Origin: a virus
Virus record (IMG/VR): IMGVR_UViG_3300027798_006580
Length of the DNA stretch: 64,000 nucleotides
Reading direction: 5' to 3' (one strand)
A program made the position numbers and the translations under genes. The notes beneath the pieces were generated by a model. That model was not told the origin of the DNA, searched no databases, and saw only the letters and a list, made by a program, of their open reading frames with translations. The first letter of the stretch is position 1, and every line of letters starts with the position of its first letter. This document shows, piece by piece, positions 9,816-20,276 of this stretch.

Positions 9816-10964
9816 ATGACAAACAAAAAATTAGGGTATTATACATGTGCTGGTCTAGAATTCGAATCTAAAATTCAAGCATGTCTACATGCAGTCGCCA
9901 CAGGCATGGAAGTTCAATGGCATTTCAACGATGAGATTTTTTCAAAACACAATTGGAGTATAGAGCCAGAATTAAGTCTTGACGCACTATATAATTTAAG
10001 AAGCAGACAGATTAGAGAAAAGTACGACTACGTTGTATTAAGTTATAGCGGTGGCGCAGACAGTCATAATATCTTAATGAGCTTTATCCGTCAAGGTCTA
10101 CACATAGACGAAATTGTTGTAAACAACATGGAAAAAGCCAACCGGCAATTCACGGATCTCAATATAAACAATACAGATCCGACTAATACTCCTGCCGAGT
10201 TTAGATTACAAACTGTGCCTAGATTAAAGGAAATCGCAGTACTAATTCCTAGAACAAAAATTACAGTCTGTGATCTCAGTGATCACTTGTTTGACTACAT
10301 GAACTCGGCCAAGGATGCCAGTTGGGTACTGGGCCGCAAGGAAGGCCTTAACGCTGCCAATGCCACTAGATATAATTATTTGGCCATGACTGAAATTAGA
10401 AAACAGTTTGATAAAAACAAGTCCATGGTCATTATTGTGGGTGTAGACAAACCACGTTGTTTTATACGCAATGGTGATTTTTATATTAGATTTGCAGATC
10501 GTGCTGCCAACGTCGTGCCAATTCCCAATCACTTGAACGAGTACACAAACAGTACAGTAGAACTATACTATTGGAGTCCGGACAGTATAGATATTTTAAC
10601 CAAGCAAGCACATGTTGTTCGGCGCTGGCTAAAATTTAAACCTGAAATGCAAAAATTGTTTGACAGTGATGTAATGGCGGATCCCAAGATATTTAGAATT
10701 TACCACGAGCAACTTCTTAAAAATATTGTATATACGACATGGAATGAAAATTGGTTTCAAACAGATAAGGCAGTCAAAGACTGGACCAGTGAATTTGATC
10801 AATGGTTTGAAGATGGATACAGTGATACAAGAGCATATGGTATTTGGCTTGAGGGGGTTAATTTTGTCAAGGACAAACTACACACATTTGCCAATCATCG
10901 CAATGGTGATCTTGACGGATTAAAATTATTTGGCAAAAATTATCGAGTGGGCCCACTTTTATAA
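9816..10964 (+). CDS. PP-loop (adenine nucleotide alpha-hydrolase) family protein
   Basis: VVLSYSGGADS; start reassigned to ATG 9816. Confidence 0.75.
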   Translation: MTNKKLGYYTCAGLEFESKIQACLHAVATGMEVQWHFNDEIFSKHNWSIEPELSLDALYNLRSRQIREKYDYVVLSYSGGADSHNILMSFIRQGLHIDEIVVNNMEKANRQFTDLNINNTDPTNTPAEFRLQTVPRLKEIAVLIPRTKITVCDLSDHLFDYMNSAKDASWVLGRKEGLNAANATRYNYLAMTEIRKQFDKNKSMVIIVGVDKPRCFIRNGDFYIRFADRAANVVPIPNHLNEYTNSTVELYYWSPDSIDILTKQAHVVRRWLKFKPEMQKLFDSDVMADPKIFRIYHEQLLKNIVYTTWNENWFQTDKAVKDWTSEFDQWFEDGYSDTRAYGIWLEGVNFVKDKLHTFANHRNGDLDGLKLFGKNYRVGPLL

Positions 10965-10976
10965 TCTAATACTTTA

Positions 10977-11086
10977 ATTTGTGACTCATAAGACTATATA
11001 ATAGTTTGTATACGCATAGGAAGAAATATTATGAGCACAAATAGATATGAAATTCGTCTTGAACTACTTGAGATGTCAAAAGAAAC
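10977..11086 (+). repeat. Degenerate direct repeat of 11731-11857 (promoter region plus about 18 codons)
   Basis: Shared ATTTGTGA.TCATAAGACTATATAATAG and ATGAGCACAAAT..TATGAAATTCGTCTTGAACTACT. Confidence 0.85.
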
Positions 11087-11098
11087 TTTAATAAATAT

Positions 11099-11716
11099 AT
11101 GACGAACAGTAAGTTTACTATAATAGAAGATTGCAGTCCTTATTATATAAGATTTACGCACAGTAATATAGACGACATCATAAAATTAGCCAATGATGCA
11201 ATAGCAGAATATACGTTTTCTGAAAAATGGACAGTTCAAAATCTTGACTATACTGTAGTAAAAAAAATAAAAAATCTCTGTCCGTTATTCGACGTCTTTG
11301 ATTTATCGCAACAGCGTGTTAGTATGTTTGTTTCCCAACCCGGACTTTATTATAGAGCACATAAAGATGGTCCCAATCATAGATTTAGTATAAACTATAC
11401 AGTTAAGATTTTAGACAATAAATGTGTTACTAGCTGGTACAGCGATGAAGACTTACAAAAATATCCAATAGATCATCTAGCTGGTAGATCAAGGGAATGT
11501 ATAGATTTTGATAAATCTGCTCACACGCCGTTGAAAAGTATGATTGCAGTTCCAGGGGAATGTATATTATTCAACACTGATATATTTCATGCTTGGGATA
11601 ATCAAACCAGTAAAAATGAAAGAATGGTGTTGACATTAAGATTGAAAGATTATAGTCAGCCTAATTCTTTTTTTGAAGATGCAAGAGATGTATTATTAAA
11701 ATTAGCAGACAAATAA
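11099..11716 (+). CDS. 2OG-Fe(II) oxygenase/cupin-like protein
   Basis: HKD..H..R facial-triad pattern. Confidence 0.65.
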   Translation: MTNSKFTIIEDCSPYYIRFTHSNIDDIIKLANDAIAEYTFSEKWTVQNLDYTVVKKIKNLCPLFDVFDLSQQRVSMFVSQPGLYYRAHKDGPNHRFSINYTVKILDNKCVTSWYSDEDLQKYPIDHLAGRSRECIDFDKSAHTPLKSMIAVPGECILFNTDIFHAWDNQTSKNERMVLTLRLKDYSQPNSFFEDARDVLLKLADK

Positions 11717-11802
11717 GAAGATATCCATTGATTTGTGAGTCATAAGACTATATAATAGTGTACAGACAATAGTTTGTACATTACACACATAGAGAGAAAA
11801 TT

Positions 11803-12063
11803 ATGAGCACAAATGGCTATGAAATTCGTCTTGAACTACTCAAGATGGCAAAAGAAATGCTAGAGCAAGACTGGCATGCAAATCGCGAGACGCTTCAGCG
11901 TCAATGGGAACAAGAAGTTAATCTGGTCCAGATCCGAGCCCATGCGGTAGATCAACCAGTTGAATCAGTTCCTACACAACCAACCTTCCGACCTTTTCCT
12001 ACAGAAGAAGAGATCATTAAGAAGGCCAAGGTCCTAAATGAGTTTGTTGCCCAACGAGCATAA
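11803..12063 (+). CDS. Conserved phage hypothetical protein
   Basis: YEIRLELLKMAKEML..FPTEEEIIKKA. Confidence 0.75.
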   Translation: MSTNGYEIRLELLKMAKEMLEQDWHANRETLQRQWEQEVNLVQIRAHAVDQPVESVPTQPTFRPFPTEEEIIKKAKVLNEFVAQRA

Positions 12064-12185
12064 ACGGTTAAATTGACCACTAAAACGGAGAAATGCACTA
12101 TTGCTTTCTCCGTTTTTTTGTTATATAATAGTAACACGCTGTTAAGGTTAACAGCGACGATTTAACATTTAAAGGAAATTTAAAA

Positions 12186-12455
12186 ATGAAACATTTCAAT
12201 TCTGAAACAAAAACTTTCAAGTTGTTCAATGCATTGTACAACGGCGAAAGCGTTACTGCTAGTCAAGCAGAAAAGCGTTTTGGTATCAAAAATATCAGCG
12301 CAGAAGTAAGCCGCATCCGTCAAAACGGTTATGCAGTTTATGCTAACACTCGTCTTGCCGGTAACAATGTTACGGTAACTGAGTATGTAATCGGTAAGCC
12401 CAGCCGTAAGGTTGTTGCCGCTGGTTATAAAGCCCTGTCAATGGGTCTAGTCTAA
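12186..12455 (+). CDS. Winged-helix DNA-binding protein
   Basis: HTH-like ASQAEKRFGIKNISAEVSRIRQNGY; RBS and downstream terminator. Confidence 0.65.
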   Translation: MKHFNSETKTFKLFNALYNGESVTASQAEKRFGIKNISAEVSRIRQNGYAVYANTRLAGNNVTVTEYVIGKPSRKVVAAGYKALSMGLV

Positions 12456-12475
12456 TTTAGACTAGGGTTAGTAAA

Positions 12476-12505
12476 TAAAAGGATACAGAGATGTATCCTT
12501 TTTTC
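12476..12505 (+). terminator. Rho-independent terminator
   Basis: AAAAGGATACA-GAGA-TGTATCCTTTTTT. Confidence 0.8.
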
Positions 12506-12516
12506 ACGAGTGCAGT

Positions 12517-13044
12517 ATGGATTTAAAAAATATAATTAGAACAGTGGATAATTTTCCTAAACCAGGAATACAATTTTTGGATGTTACCAGCATACTAGAA
12601 AATCCAGAAGCATTTAGACGCACAGTAAATTGGCTGATAAAATTGACAGCGGCACATCAAATAGAAAGTATAGTTGCCATAGACGCTCGTGGATTTATCT
12701 GGGGCGGAGCAGTAGCCAGCGAATTACGAATTCCATTATACCTTGCAAGAAAACCAGGTAAACTTCCTGGCAATATAATTACTCAAACATATGATACGGA
12801 ATATAGCACGGCCAGTTTAAGTATGTTAAAGGATGTGTATATTCAAGGGCCAGTACTGGTTATTGATGATATTCTTGCCACAGGTGGCACATTGAATGCT
12901 GTGGGTAAACTCTTAGAACTTGGCTGGAAAATTAAACCCATTGATCAAATTCATGCTGTAATTGCTAATTTGGATTTCTTACCAGGTAAAAAGTTCTTAA
13001 CTGATAACGGTTATACGGTTGAACATTTACTTAACTTTGATTAA
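12517..13044 (+). CDS. apt: Adenine phosphoribosyltransferase
   Basis: FPKPGIQFLD, DARGF, RKPGKLP, VIDDILATGGT. Confidence 0.92.
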   Translation: MDLKNIIRTVDNFPKPGIQFLDVTSILENPEAFRRTVNWLIKLTAAHQIESIVAIDARGFIWGGAVASELRIPLYLARKPGKLPGNIITQTYDTEYSTASLSMLKDVYIQGPVLVIDDILATGGTLNAVGKLLELGWKIKPIDQIHAVIANLDFLPGKKFLTDNGYTVEHLLNFD

Positions 13045-13882
13045 CCCTGATTAGTTGTCTATCATTATGTGACCTGCACCAAAGCATAGGACAAGAAAAT
13101 GGTCCATCTGGAGCTGTCCATCCTTCTTCGAATACATTACCAGACGATCGACCCCCACATTCACTGGCAACAACAAACCCTTTATGGTCAATACTTAATA
13201 TGTCTATACCAGCATAACATAATTTGCCAGTATAGCTAGGACTATCATCCTTTGGCGGTTCATTTAATGGAATATACGGAGGTGCCACGTACGGCGGATC
13301 TTCATAGTCTTCGGGCAATCCTCTAATTAAATTTTTATCTTTTTTACTGTATTTAGGCCACATTTTACCGTCAGCAGTTTTTAATGTTTGGGGTTCAGCA
13401 TCCACATCTTGACTAATTAATTCCGCTACTTTATCTTTTCCTTCTAGGATTTTACCAGGAAGTAAAGGTATTATTACTTTTATTATTTTCTTATTTTCTT
13501 TGCAGTGATCTATAATAAAATCTAACACACTAACGTTTTGCCAACTGTGATGTGTAAGCCTAAATCGATCTACATAATTGATAATTTCCATGACATTAAA
13601 CCAACTATCTCCACCTGACGTATCTAGCCTAACCTGTGATGGTTTGCTTTTTATTTTTTGTAACAGTAGATTTAAGTTTGGAAAATTTAAAGGTTCACCA
13701 CCACCCAACATCCATTTAATTCTATCACCGTGTGGGTATCTTGTTTGTTGTAATTGTTCGACAACATTCAAGTATTGATCTAAAGTTTTATCTAAACTAC
13801 CTTTGCTCCATTTTCCGTGACAGTATTCACATCCATACTCACAATAACTATTGAGTTTCCAGTTTATTTCTAGTGTTTTCAT
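13031..13882 (-). CDS. Radical SAM protein with C-terminal Cys-rich (SPASM/twitch-like) region
   Basis: CEYGCEYC, GGEP, CYAG..C..CP..C. Confidence 0.85.
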   Translation of the reverse strand: MKTLEINWKLNSYCEYGCEYCHGKWSKGSLDKTLDQYLNVVEQLQQTRYPHGDRIKWMLGGGEPLNFPNLNLLLQKIKSKPSQVRLDTSGGDSWFNVMEIINYVDRFRLTHHSWQNVSVLDFIIDHCKENKKIIKVIIPLLPGKILEGKDKVAELISQDVDAEPQTLKTADGKMWPKYSKKDKNLIRGLPEDYEDPPYVAPPYIPLNEPPKDDSPSYTGKLCYAGIDILSIDHKGFVVASECGGRSSGNVFEEGWTAPDGPFSCPMLWCRSHNDRQLIRVNQS

Positions 13883-13995
13883 ACACTTATTTAACCGTTA
13901 CCGTTGACACATGTGGTTTAAACAGTGTATAATACATATTGATAACATTAAAGCAGTAGTAAGAACTTTTCTTTTATCCACTAAATATAAGCTAC

Positions 13996-15378
13996 ATGAC
14001 ATTTTTATTATTTTTTACAGCATTTATACTTAGCGGAATTGCGGCTTACTACAGCGTTATCGGTATTATTGCGATCTTTTCAGCGGCAGTAATTCCTGTG
14101 GCCATTATGGCCAGTAGCCTTGAAGTGGCTAAACTAGTTGTGGCTAGTTGGCTATATCGTTATTGGAAACATATTCCAATTTTGATGAAAACTTATTTTA
14201 CTTTATCATTAATAGTCCTTATGCTGATTACCAGCATGGGCATTTTTGGTTTCTTAAGTAAAGCACACAGCGATCAAAGTTTGGTCAGTGGCGACGTAAC
14301 TGCAAAAATTGCAATCTACGATGAAAAAATTAAAACAGCGAAAGAGAACATAGATGCAAACCGCAAGGCTCTTAAACAAATGGATGAGGCAGTGGACCAA
14401 GTCATGGGTCGCAGTACAGACGAAAAAGGTGCCGATAAGGCAGTGGCTCTACGTAGGGTACAACAAAAGGAACGTGGACGTCTCATTGCTGAAATCGAAA
14501 CCTACCAGAAAACAGTTGGCGTACTTGCTGAACAGCGAGCGCCTATTGCCGCCGAAGTTAGAAAAGTCGAAGCTGAAGTAGGCCCTATCAAATATATTGC
14601 GGCATTCATCTACGGAGATGATCCTGATGAAAATACGTTAGAGCGTAGTGTTCGTTGGTTGATTGTTTTATTGATCTGTGTGTTTGATCCATTGGCAGTA
14701 TTAATGCTTATAGCCGCAAACTTAACACAGATTAAATCCAAAGAGTGGCGCAAACAAAAAATAGAACCTGCCTACGAAAAAGACGATGGACCTCTAACCG
14801 ATGAACAAATCAATCAGGTTAAAGAATCTGCCAGCAATGATTTACCCGCAGGCGAATTGATCTCTAAAGATGAATTATTCCCAGAAAAATCGATGCAGGA
14901 TACACATCCTTACTTATACAAGCCGTTTGTTCATTTTAGAGATACCACACCCATAGTAGCTAAAAAAATAATAGAAGAGCCAATACCAACAATAGAGGAA
15001 ATTTCTCATGATGATATGGAACCAAATAAAGATACAACTAACGAAGTTGAGCTGCCAGTGGTTATTGAAACACCAGACAGAACACCAGAAGCTGATAAAC
15101 AAGATGCTAGTTCCGGCTTTACTCCCAATCCAGCAGTGGAAACAATGGGAATAGAAGCCTCAGTTAAAAAACCTCGGGCCTCCAAAAAAAAAGTTGACGT
15201 AGAACAGGTCAATGAAGATAAATCTAATAGTGTCAGTGTAAAGAATCAAGTTAACTCAATGATTGAAAATAATGACACCAATGGATTAGAATCTATATAT
15301 AAACAAATAGTAAAAGAGCTAGCAACAAAAAACCGCAGTAAAAGTACACACTGGGGACCTTTGAAAACTAAAAAATGA
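13996..15378 (+). CDS. Membrane protein with coiled-coil region
   Basis: N-terminal TM helices, LITSMGIFGFLS, VGPIKY, FDPLAV. Confidence 0.75.
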   Translation: MTFLLFFTAFILSGIAAYYSVIGIIAIFSAAVIPVAIMASSLEVAKLVVASWLYRYWKHIPILMKTYFTLSLIVLMLITSMGIFGFLSKAHSDQSLVSGDVTAKIAIYDEKIKTAKENIDANRKALKQMDEAVDQVMGRSTDEKGADKAVALRRVQQKERGRLIAEIETYQKTVGVLAEQRAPIAAEVRKVEAEVGPIKYIAAFIYGDDPDENTLERSVRWLIVLLICVFDPLAVLMLIAANLTQIKSKEWRKQKIEPAYEKDDGPLTDEQINQVKESASNDLPAGELISKDELFPEKSMQDTHPYLYKPFVHFRDTTPIVAKKIIEEPIPTIEEISHDDMEPNKDTTNEVELPVVIETPDRTPEADKQDASSGFTPNPAVETMGIEASVKKPRASKKKVDVEQVNEDKSNSVSVKNQVNSMIENNDTNGLESIYKQIVKELATKNRSKSTHWGPLKTKK

Positions 15379-15803
15379 CAGACGAAACACAACATTATTA
15401 CATTACTCCGCCTACTTTATTTTTACCTCCTGCGGGACTTAGAGTATCATTAATTGGTGTCGACGAAGAGTGGATTGACAATATGAGTGACGAACTAGAA
15501 GATACTTTGCCCAGTATTCCTATGACGTTTTATCATTTAGATACCAAAACATCGGATCAATGGCAATGGCAGTTTCATATGATGGATCACAGCAATCTTA
15601 TTGTGGTTAATGTCGCACGTAGCGTTACCATTGATTTGTTATTATCTTTTTTACACATGGGTGACAATAAAATTTGGTTCTTTGTCAACCCCGAAGAAGT
15701 AGACAAAAATATTATAATACTGTTAAATACTATTAATGCAAATGTATTTTCTAGTTCAGATGAGTTTCATAGTATGTTAACAGCGTTTATTGGTAATGCC
15801 TAA
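15375..15803 (+). CDS. Hypothetical protein
   Basis: ORF in operon with clpX. Confidence 0.65.
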   Translation: MTDETQHYYITPPTLFLPPAGLRVSLIGVDEEWIDNMSDELEDTLPSIPMTFYHLDTKTSDQWQWQFHMMDHSNLIVVNVARSVTIDLLLSFLHMGDNKIWFFVNPEEVDKNIIILLNTINANVFSSSDEFHSMLTAFIGNA

Positions 15804-17028
15804 TCAACCATTAATGAAATGCAGTTTCTGTGAAAAATCGCAGAACGAAGTAAAAAAACTTGTTGCTGGCGCCACTGGTTACATCTGCGATGAATGCATT
15901 GTATTGTGCAACGAAGTCATCAAAGATGATTTAATCAAGTCGTCTGCCAAAGATAATAAACTTCCTACTCCGCGAGAAATATTCGAACATCTTGATCAGT
16001 ATGTTATTGGACAAGAACTTCCCAAGTTAACACTGAGCGTGGCAGTATATAATCACTACAAGCGATTGTTTAACAAAAGCGATGTGGAGATTGAAAAAAG
16101 TAATGTACTGCTAATCGGTCCAACTGGTAGTGGTAAAACATTATTAGCAAAGAGTATTGCTAGATTTCTCGATGTGCCTTTTGCTATTACAGATGCTACA
16201 AGTTTAACTGAAGCAGGTTATGTCGGCGAAGATGTAGAAAACGTTATTCATAAATTATATCAGGCCGCAGATCAAAACATCGAACGTTGTGAACGGGGTA
16301 TTATCTACATTGACGAAATAGATAAAAAAGGACGTAAGAGTGAAGGTACCAGTATTACTCGTGATGTCAGTGGCGAAGGCGTTCAACAAGCATTGTTAAA
16401 GATCATTGAAGGCACAGAATGTCGTGTGCCCAGCGGCGGCGGCAGAAAACACCCAGGTGGCGATACATTAACTATCAACACTAAAAATATTTTGTTTATT
16501 CTGGGTGGTGCATTTGTAGGCTTAGACGAAATTATCAACAAACGTGTCAATACAAAATCTACCATGGGCTTTGCAGGAAATCCTGTGAAAGAAAAAACAT
16601 CGTTAGTAGGTACTACATCCAGTGATGTTATCAAATGGGGCATGATTCCAGAACTAGTGGGACGTATGCCTCAGATTGCTGTATTAGAAGAACTTACAGA
16701 AGAACAACTAGTGAGAGCAATGACCGAACCAAAGAACAACTTGGTCAGTCAATATCAAAGTTTATTCAAAATGGACAATGTCGAATTGTCCATCGATGAT
16801 CGAGCGGCCATGGCTATTGCCGCTAAATGCACTGAAATGAAATTAGGAGCACGTGGTCTACGTGCAGAACTAGAAAGTATACTGCTTAAAACGCAGTTTG
16901 TATTACCTGACTTGGCAGCAGAGAATGTCACGAAAGTTACAATAACAGAGGAAACAGTAACACATGGTAAAGAACCACTATTAATATATGGCAAACGAAA
17001 GACAAAACGAGAACAGAATTCTCAGTAA
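15796..17028 (+). CDS. clpX: ATP-dependent Clp protease ATPase subunit ClpX
   Basis: C4 zinc finger, [24 protein letters not shown] loop, MGF loop. Confidence 0.97.
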   Translation: MPNQPLMKCSFCEKSQNEVKKLVAGATGYICDECIVLCNEVIKDDLIKSSAKDNKLPTPREIFEHLDQYVIGQELPKLTLSVAVYNHYKRLFNKSDVEIEKSNVLLIGPTGSGKTLLAKSIARFLDVPFAITDATSLTEAGYVGEDVENVIHKLYQAADQNIERCERGIIYIDEIDKKGRKSEGTSITRDVSGEGVQQALLKIIEGTECRVPSGGGRKHPGGDTLTINTKNILFILGGAFVGLDEIINKRVNTKSTMGFAGNPVKEKTSLVGTTSSDVIKWGMIPELVGRMPQIAVLEELTEEQLVRAMTEPKNNLVSQYQSLFKMDNVELSIDDRAAMAIAAKCTEMKLGARGLRAELESILLKTQFVLPDLAAENVTKVTITEETVTHGKEPLLIYGKRKTKREQNSQ

Positions 17029-17518
17029 TCGCGAAATAAGAAGTCGCGATGTTCGTCTAATCAACGAAGATGGAAGTAACGGAGGTGTTGTGCCGTTCTT
17101 CACAGCATTGAACCTAGCACAGAATCAAGAACTTGATTTGATTCAAATCAATGGTGCGACTAATCCTCCAGTTTGCAAAATAGGTGACTTAGGTAAGTAC
17201 AAATACGAAGCGCAAAAGAAACAACACGATCAAGATAAAAAGAATCGTGAAAATCGTGTAGATATTAAAGAGGTGCAATTACGCCCGGCCATTGATATAC
17301 ATGATTTGGATATTAAAGTAAATAAGATCAAGGAATGGATTGCCGACGGAGATAAAGTCAAAGTTGTAATTCGTTTCCGTGGTAGAGAAATGGCTAACCA
17401 AGCAGTTGGTTTTAAATTAATCGAACACATAATAGCAACAGTACCGAGTGCTAAAGTTGAAGGCCGTAGCGAAATGCAGGGCAATAGACTTACTGCTATA
17501 ATTAGTCAAGCAAAGTGA
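16988..17518 (+). CDS. infC: Translation initiation factor IF-3
   Basis: [29 protein letters not shown]. Confidence 0.95.
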   Translation: MANERQNENRILSNREIRSRDVRLINEDGSNGGVVPFFTALNLAQNQELDLIQINGATNPPVCKIGDLGKYKYEAQKKQHDQDKKNRENRVDIKEVQLRPAIDIHDLDIKVNKIKEWIADGDKVKVVIRFRGREMANQAVGFKLIEHIIATVPSAKVEGRSEMQGNRLTAIISQAK

Positions 17519-17525
17519 GATAAAC

Positions 17526-17762
17526 ATGGCAAGAAAAGATGGCCCATTAATGGGCAGTAAAGTTATTGTACAACACGATAACTGGGAAAAAGCATTACGC
17601 ACCTTTAAGAAAAAGATTCTCGAAAGCGGTAAACTAATTGAACTTAAAGAAAAAGAGTTCTACGAAAAGCCCAGTATGACAAAACGTAAAACTAAAAATC
17701 AACAAACTCGTCGGGCACAAAAGAAACGCGAAGCAGATTCATTACCTAAAAAACTTTATTAA
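17526..17762 (+). CDS. rpsU: Ribosomal protein bS21
   Basis: EKALRTFKKK..KEFYEKPS. Confidence 0.9.
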   Translation: MARKDGPLMGSKVIVQHDNWEKALRTFKKKILESGKLIELKEKEFYEKPSMTKRKTKNQQTRRAQKKREADSLPKKLY

Positions 17763-17763
17763 A

Positions 17764-18132
17764 ATGAACGAAGATACTATTACTATTGATCTAAGCACTA
17801 TTGATTTAAGTGGTACTGAACCAATAGAATTTTCGTGGAACGAAAACAATATGAATGTTGCCATGCAAGCCAGTTCAATGTCAGGACCAAATACAGTTAC
17901 ATTAGGTAGCGGAGTTAATATTACAACCGCTAGTCTTGCTGCCAGCGGCAGTTATACCATTTCCTCACCATATGATGATATGGAACAGCGTTTAGCGAGA
18001 TTGGAAAAGATCATAGCCGAGGAAGATGAAGTTCGTAGAACTCATCCCGCTGTACAAATGGCCTATGATGAATATCGATTGTTATACATTTTGGCAAAGA
18101 AGAATGCTGGTGATTGCTTGACAGAAGACTAA
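17764..18132 (+). CDS. Hypothetical protein
   Basis: ORF in operon. Confidence 0.6.
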   Translation: MNEDTITIDLSTIDLSGTEPIEFSWNENNMNVAMQASSMSGPNTVTLGSGVNITTASLAASGSYTISSPYDDMEQRLARLEKIIAEEDEVRRTHPAVQMAYDEYRLLYILAKKNAGDCLTED

Positions 18133-18159
18133 TGTTCTTGTATAATAAAAGATAAATAA

Positions 18160-18237
18160 TATTGTACAGCGCCAAGAGGGTTGTACAGTTAGGGCAATAG
18201 CCCAAAACGTTCTTGCTTATTAAAGGAGAAAATTATG
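18160..18237 (+). promoter_or_regulatory. ROSE-like RNA thermometer in the sHSP 5'UTR
   Basis: TCTTGCT (18211-18217) opposite AAGGAGA SD, with upstream hairpins. Confidence 0.55.
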
Positions 18238-18675
18238 AACGCATTAACACGATTTGACACAACAGCTTTGAATCAATTGAACAGAGCACTTATAGGATTT
18301 GACCGCTTGTTTACAGAACGAGCTTACACTACAAATCCAACTTACCCTCCATACAACGTAATTAAGAAAACTGAAAACGACTACGAAATTGAAGTAGCAG
18401 TTGCAGGTTTTACTCTTGATGAAATTGATGTAGAAGTCAATCAAAACCAACTTGTTATCCGTGGCCACAGCAAACATGAAGCTGACACCGATGTTGAATA
18501 CTTACATAGAGGTCTTGCTTACAGAGACTTTGAAAAAGTATTAACATTAGCAGAGCACATGCAAGTGGGCGAAGCTAGTATCAAGGATGGTGTTCTTAGA
18601 GTGGAAATAACTAGGATTATACCAGAGGCATTAAAACCTCGTAAAATCAACGTTATTAGCATCGACAAGAACTAA
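18235..18675 (+). CDS. Small heat shock protein (Hsp20/IbpA-like)
   Basis: YPPYN, EVAVAGF, YLHRGLA, DGVL. Confidence 0.95.
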   Translation: MNALTRFDTTALNQLNRALIGFDRLFTERAYTTNPTYPPYNVIKKTENDYEIEVAVAGFTLDEIDVEVNQNQLVIRGHSKHEADTDVEYLHRGLAYRDFEKVLTLAEHMQVGEASIKDGVLRVEITRIIPEALKPRKINVISIDKN

Positions 18676-18730
18676 AGCGTAAGATGGGGGACATTTTGTC
18701 CCCCTGATAAATATCTATATAAGGAAAAAC

Positions 18731-19033
18731 ATGACTTTAATGGCAACAGAAACTTCTCAATCAACAAAAATTGTTATCACAAAACCAAATATGTATAAAG
18801 TGATTTTTAACAATGATAATGCAACTCCATCCGACTTTGTCAAAGAAGTTTTAAAAGCAATTTTCCATCATGACGATGCAAGGGCAGAAAGCATTACTAC
18901 AGAAATTCACGAACAAGGCAAAGGCATTGCCGGCGTTTATACTTTTGAAGTAGCTGAACAAAAGCATCAAGAAGCCACGTATGTAGCCCGTACAAACGGG
19001 CACCCGCTGAACATTAATTTAGAGTCAGAATAA
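18731..19033 (+). CDS. clpS: Clp protease adaptor ClpS
   Basis: YKVIFNNDNATP..FV, IHEQGKGIAGVYTFEVAE, GHPL. Confidence 0.92.
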   Translation: MTLMATETSQSTKIVITKPNMYKVIFNNDNATPSDFVKEVLKAIFHHDDARAESITTEIHEQGKGIAGVYTFEVAEQKHQEATYVARTNGHPLNINLESE

Positions 19034-19308
19034 TGGATCCCAAAACAAAAGAAGCATTGGACATTCTCCAAGAAGAATGTGCCGAGGTCATCCAAGCCGT
19101 GAGTAAAATTAGCCGCTTTGGATTAGATAACTTAAAACCCGGTAAACCTAAAACTAATAAAGAACACTTAGAAGAAGAACTGGGTGACTTATTGGCCATG
19201 GTAGATATCTTGCTAGAAAAAGGCATTGTTTCTAAAGTATCTTTAGATTCTGCTAATAAAGCTAAAATAGAAAAACTTAAAAAGTGGAGTAATATCTTTA
19301 CAGATTAG
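19033..19308 (+). CDS. MazG-like NTP pyrophosphohydrolase
   Basis: QEECAEVIQ..EEELGDL. Confidence 0.8.
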   Translation: MDPKTKEALDILQEECAEVIQAVSKISRFGLDNLKPGKPKTNKEHLEEELGDLLAMVDILLEKGIVSKVSLDSANKAKIEKLKKWSNIFTD

Positions 19309-19414
19309 GATATATTAGTATAAACGTTATTAGTGTTTATACTGAGTAAATGTTGCATTGCCGCATAAATAGTATTAGTAGAAACCATGAGTTTCTCATA
19401 CAAAAGGAAATGCA

Positions 19415-19579
19415 ATGACAGCAACAATAGCAAAACTAGTTGAGCGTCTGGCTGAAATGTTCCCAAAAGAGAACTATCAAAGTAAATTAGATGCTTATCT
19501 AAACAGTAAAAACATAAGAGACGTTAGTGAAGTAGAACACTGGACAAAAGAATTTGACCGTAAAGGAAATTATCTATGA
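19415..19579 (+). CDS. Small protein, DUF3563-like
   Basis: MTATIAKL..LDAYLNSKNIRDVSEVEHWTKEFD; AAGGA RBS; absent from the ORF track. Confidence 0.55.
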   Translation: MTATIAKLVERLAEMFPKENYQSKLDAYLNSKNIRDVSEVEHWTKEFDRKGNYL

Positions 19580-19692
19580 AAAATATTTTAAACTCAATCT
19601 GGTCAGTACTAGAAGCATTTGGACAAGCCCGTGCTGCCGCAAGCCTAGCACGAATGGGCGACATTGAAGGCGCTAAGGCAGTATACAAGTGA
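19576..19692 (+). CDS. 38-aa small protein
   Basis: MKNILNSIWSVLEAFGQARAAASLARMG; ATGA overlap with previous gene. Confidence 0.5.
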   Translation: MKNILNSIWSVLEAFGQARAAASLARMGDIEGAKAVYK

Positions 19693-19850
19693 TTACTACA
19701 TTACTAATGTTGATGCGCTGGCATCGAGATGGTTGGGAAGTACATCCCATCAATCTAGACGATGAATTTACTGGTTGGATTTGAAATATAGCAAAGTTTA
19801 ATTAGTTGATAACATTGGATATATAGTGCTATTCTACCCAAGGAGACTGC

Positions 19851-20276
19851 ATGCCTAAGAAGGACATTACCAGAACCAAATTATTTAAAATGGTTCAAAG
19901 TTTTGACGAACATGATGCTAAATTTAGACCTACAATTTCCGATTGCAGGGAAGCATTTAGAAACATTAATCGCAATGTCTTTAACGGCGAACTCAAAATG
20001 CCCAGTTTTAGATTAGTTTATACAAAAGCATTTTGGGGTGAATGCCAAGGTGTTTTGGAAGATCAAACTCAAGTTAAAATGAAAATTAATAAGAGTTTTC
20101 TAAGTAAACGATTATTCATTAATACCATGGCGCACGAAATGGTACATCAGTGGGAATGGCTAGTTAATGAGAATATGACACATGGCCCGCAATTCTTTTT
20201 GTGGCGTGATCAATTAGCCAACTATAATATCACATTAAGTCGATGTTATAGAATGAAACATTATAGATTAGATTAA
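19851..20276 (+). CDS. SprT-like zinc metalloprotease
   Basis: AHEMVHQW..HG..F. Confidence 0.8.
   Translation: MPKKDITRTKLFKMVQSFDEHDAKFRPTISDCREAFRNINRNVFNGELKMPSFRLVYTKAFWGECQGVLEDQTQVKMKINKSFLSKRLFINTMAHEMVHQWEWLVNENMTHGPQFFLWRDQLANYNITLSRCYRMKHYRLD

Noticed and set aside
8895-10964. Calling the PP-loop and radical SAM genes queC/queE (7-deazaguanine pathway)
   Set aside because: No QueC Cys cluster, no QueE-type motif spacing, and no folE, queD or dpdA in the window
15796-19033. Bacterial chromosome origin of the clpX-infC-rpsU block
   Set aside because: Gene order is non-bacterial and the block is embedded among phage genes and phage-type promoters
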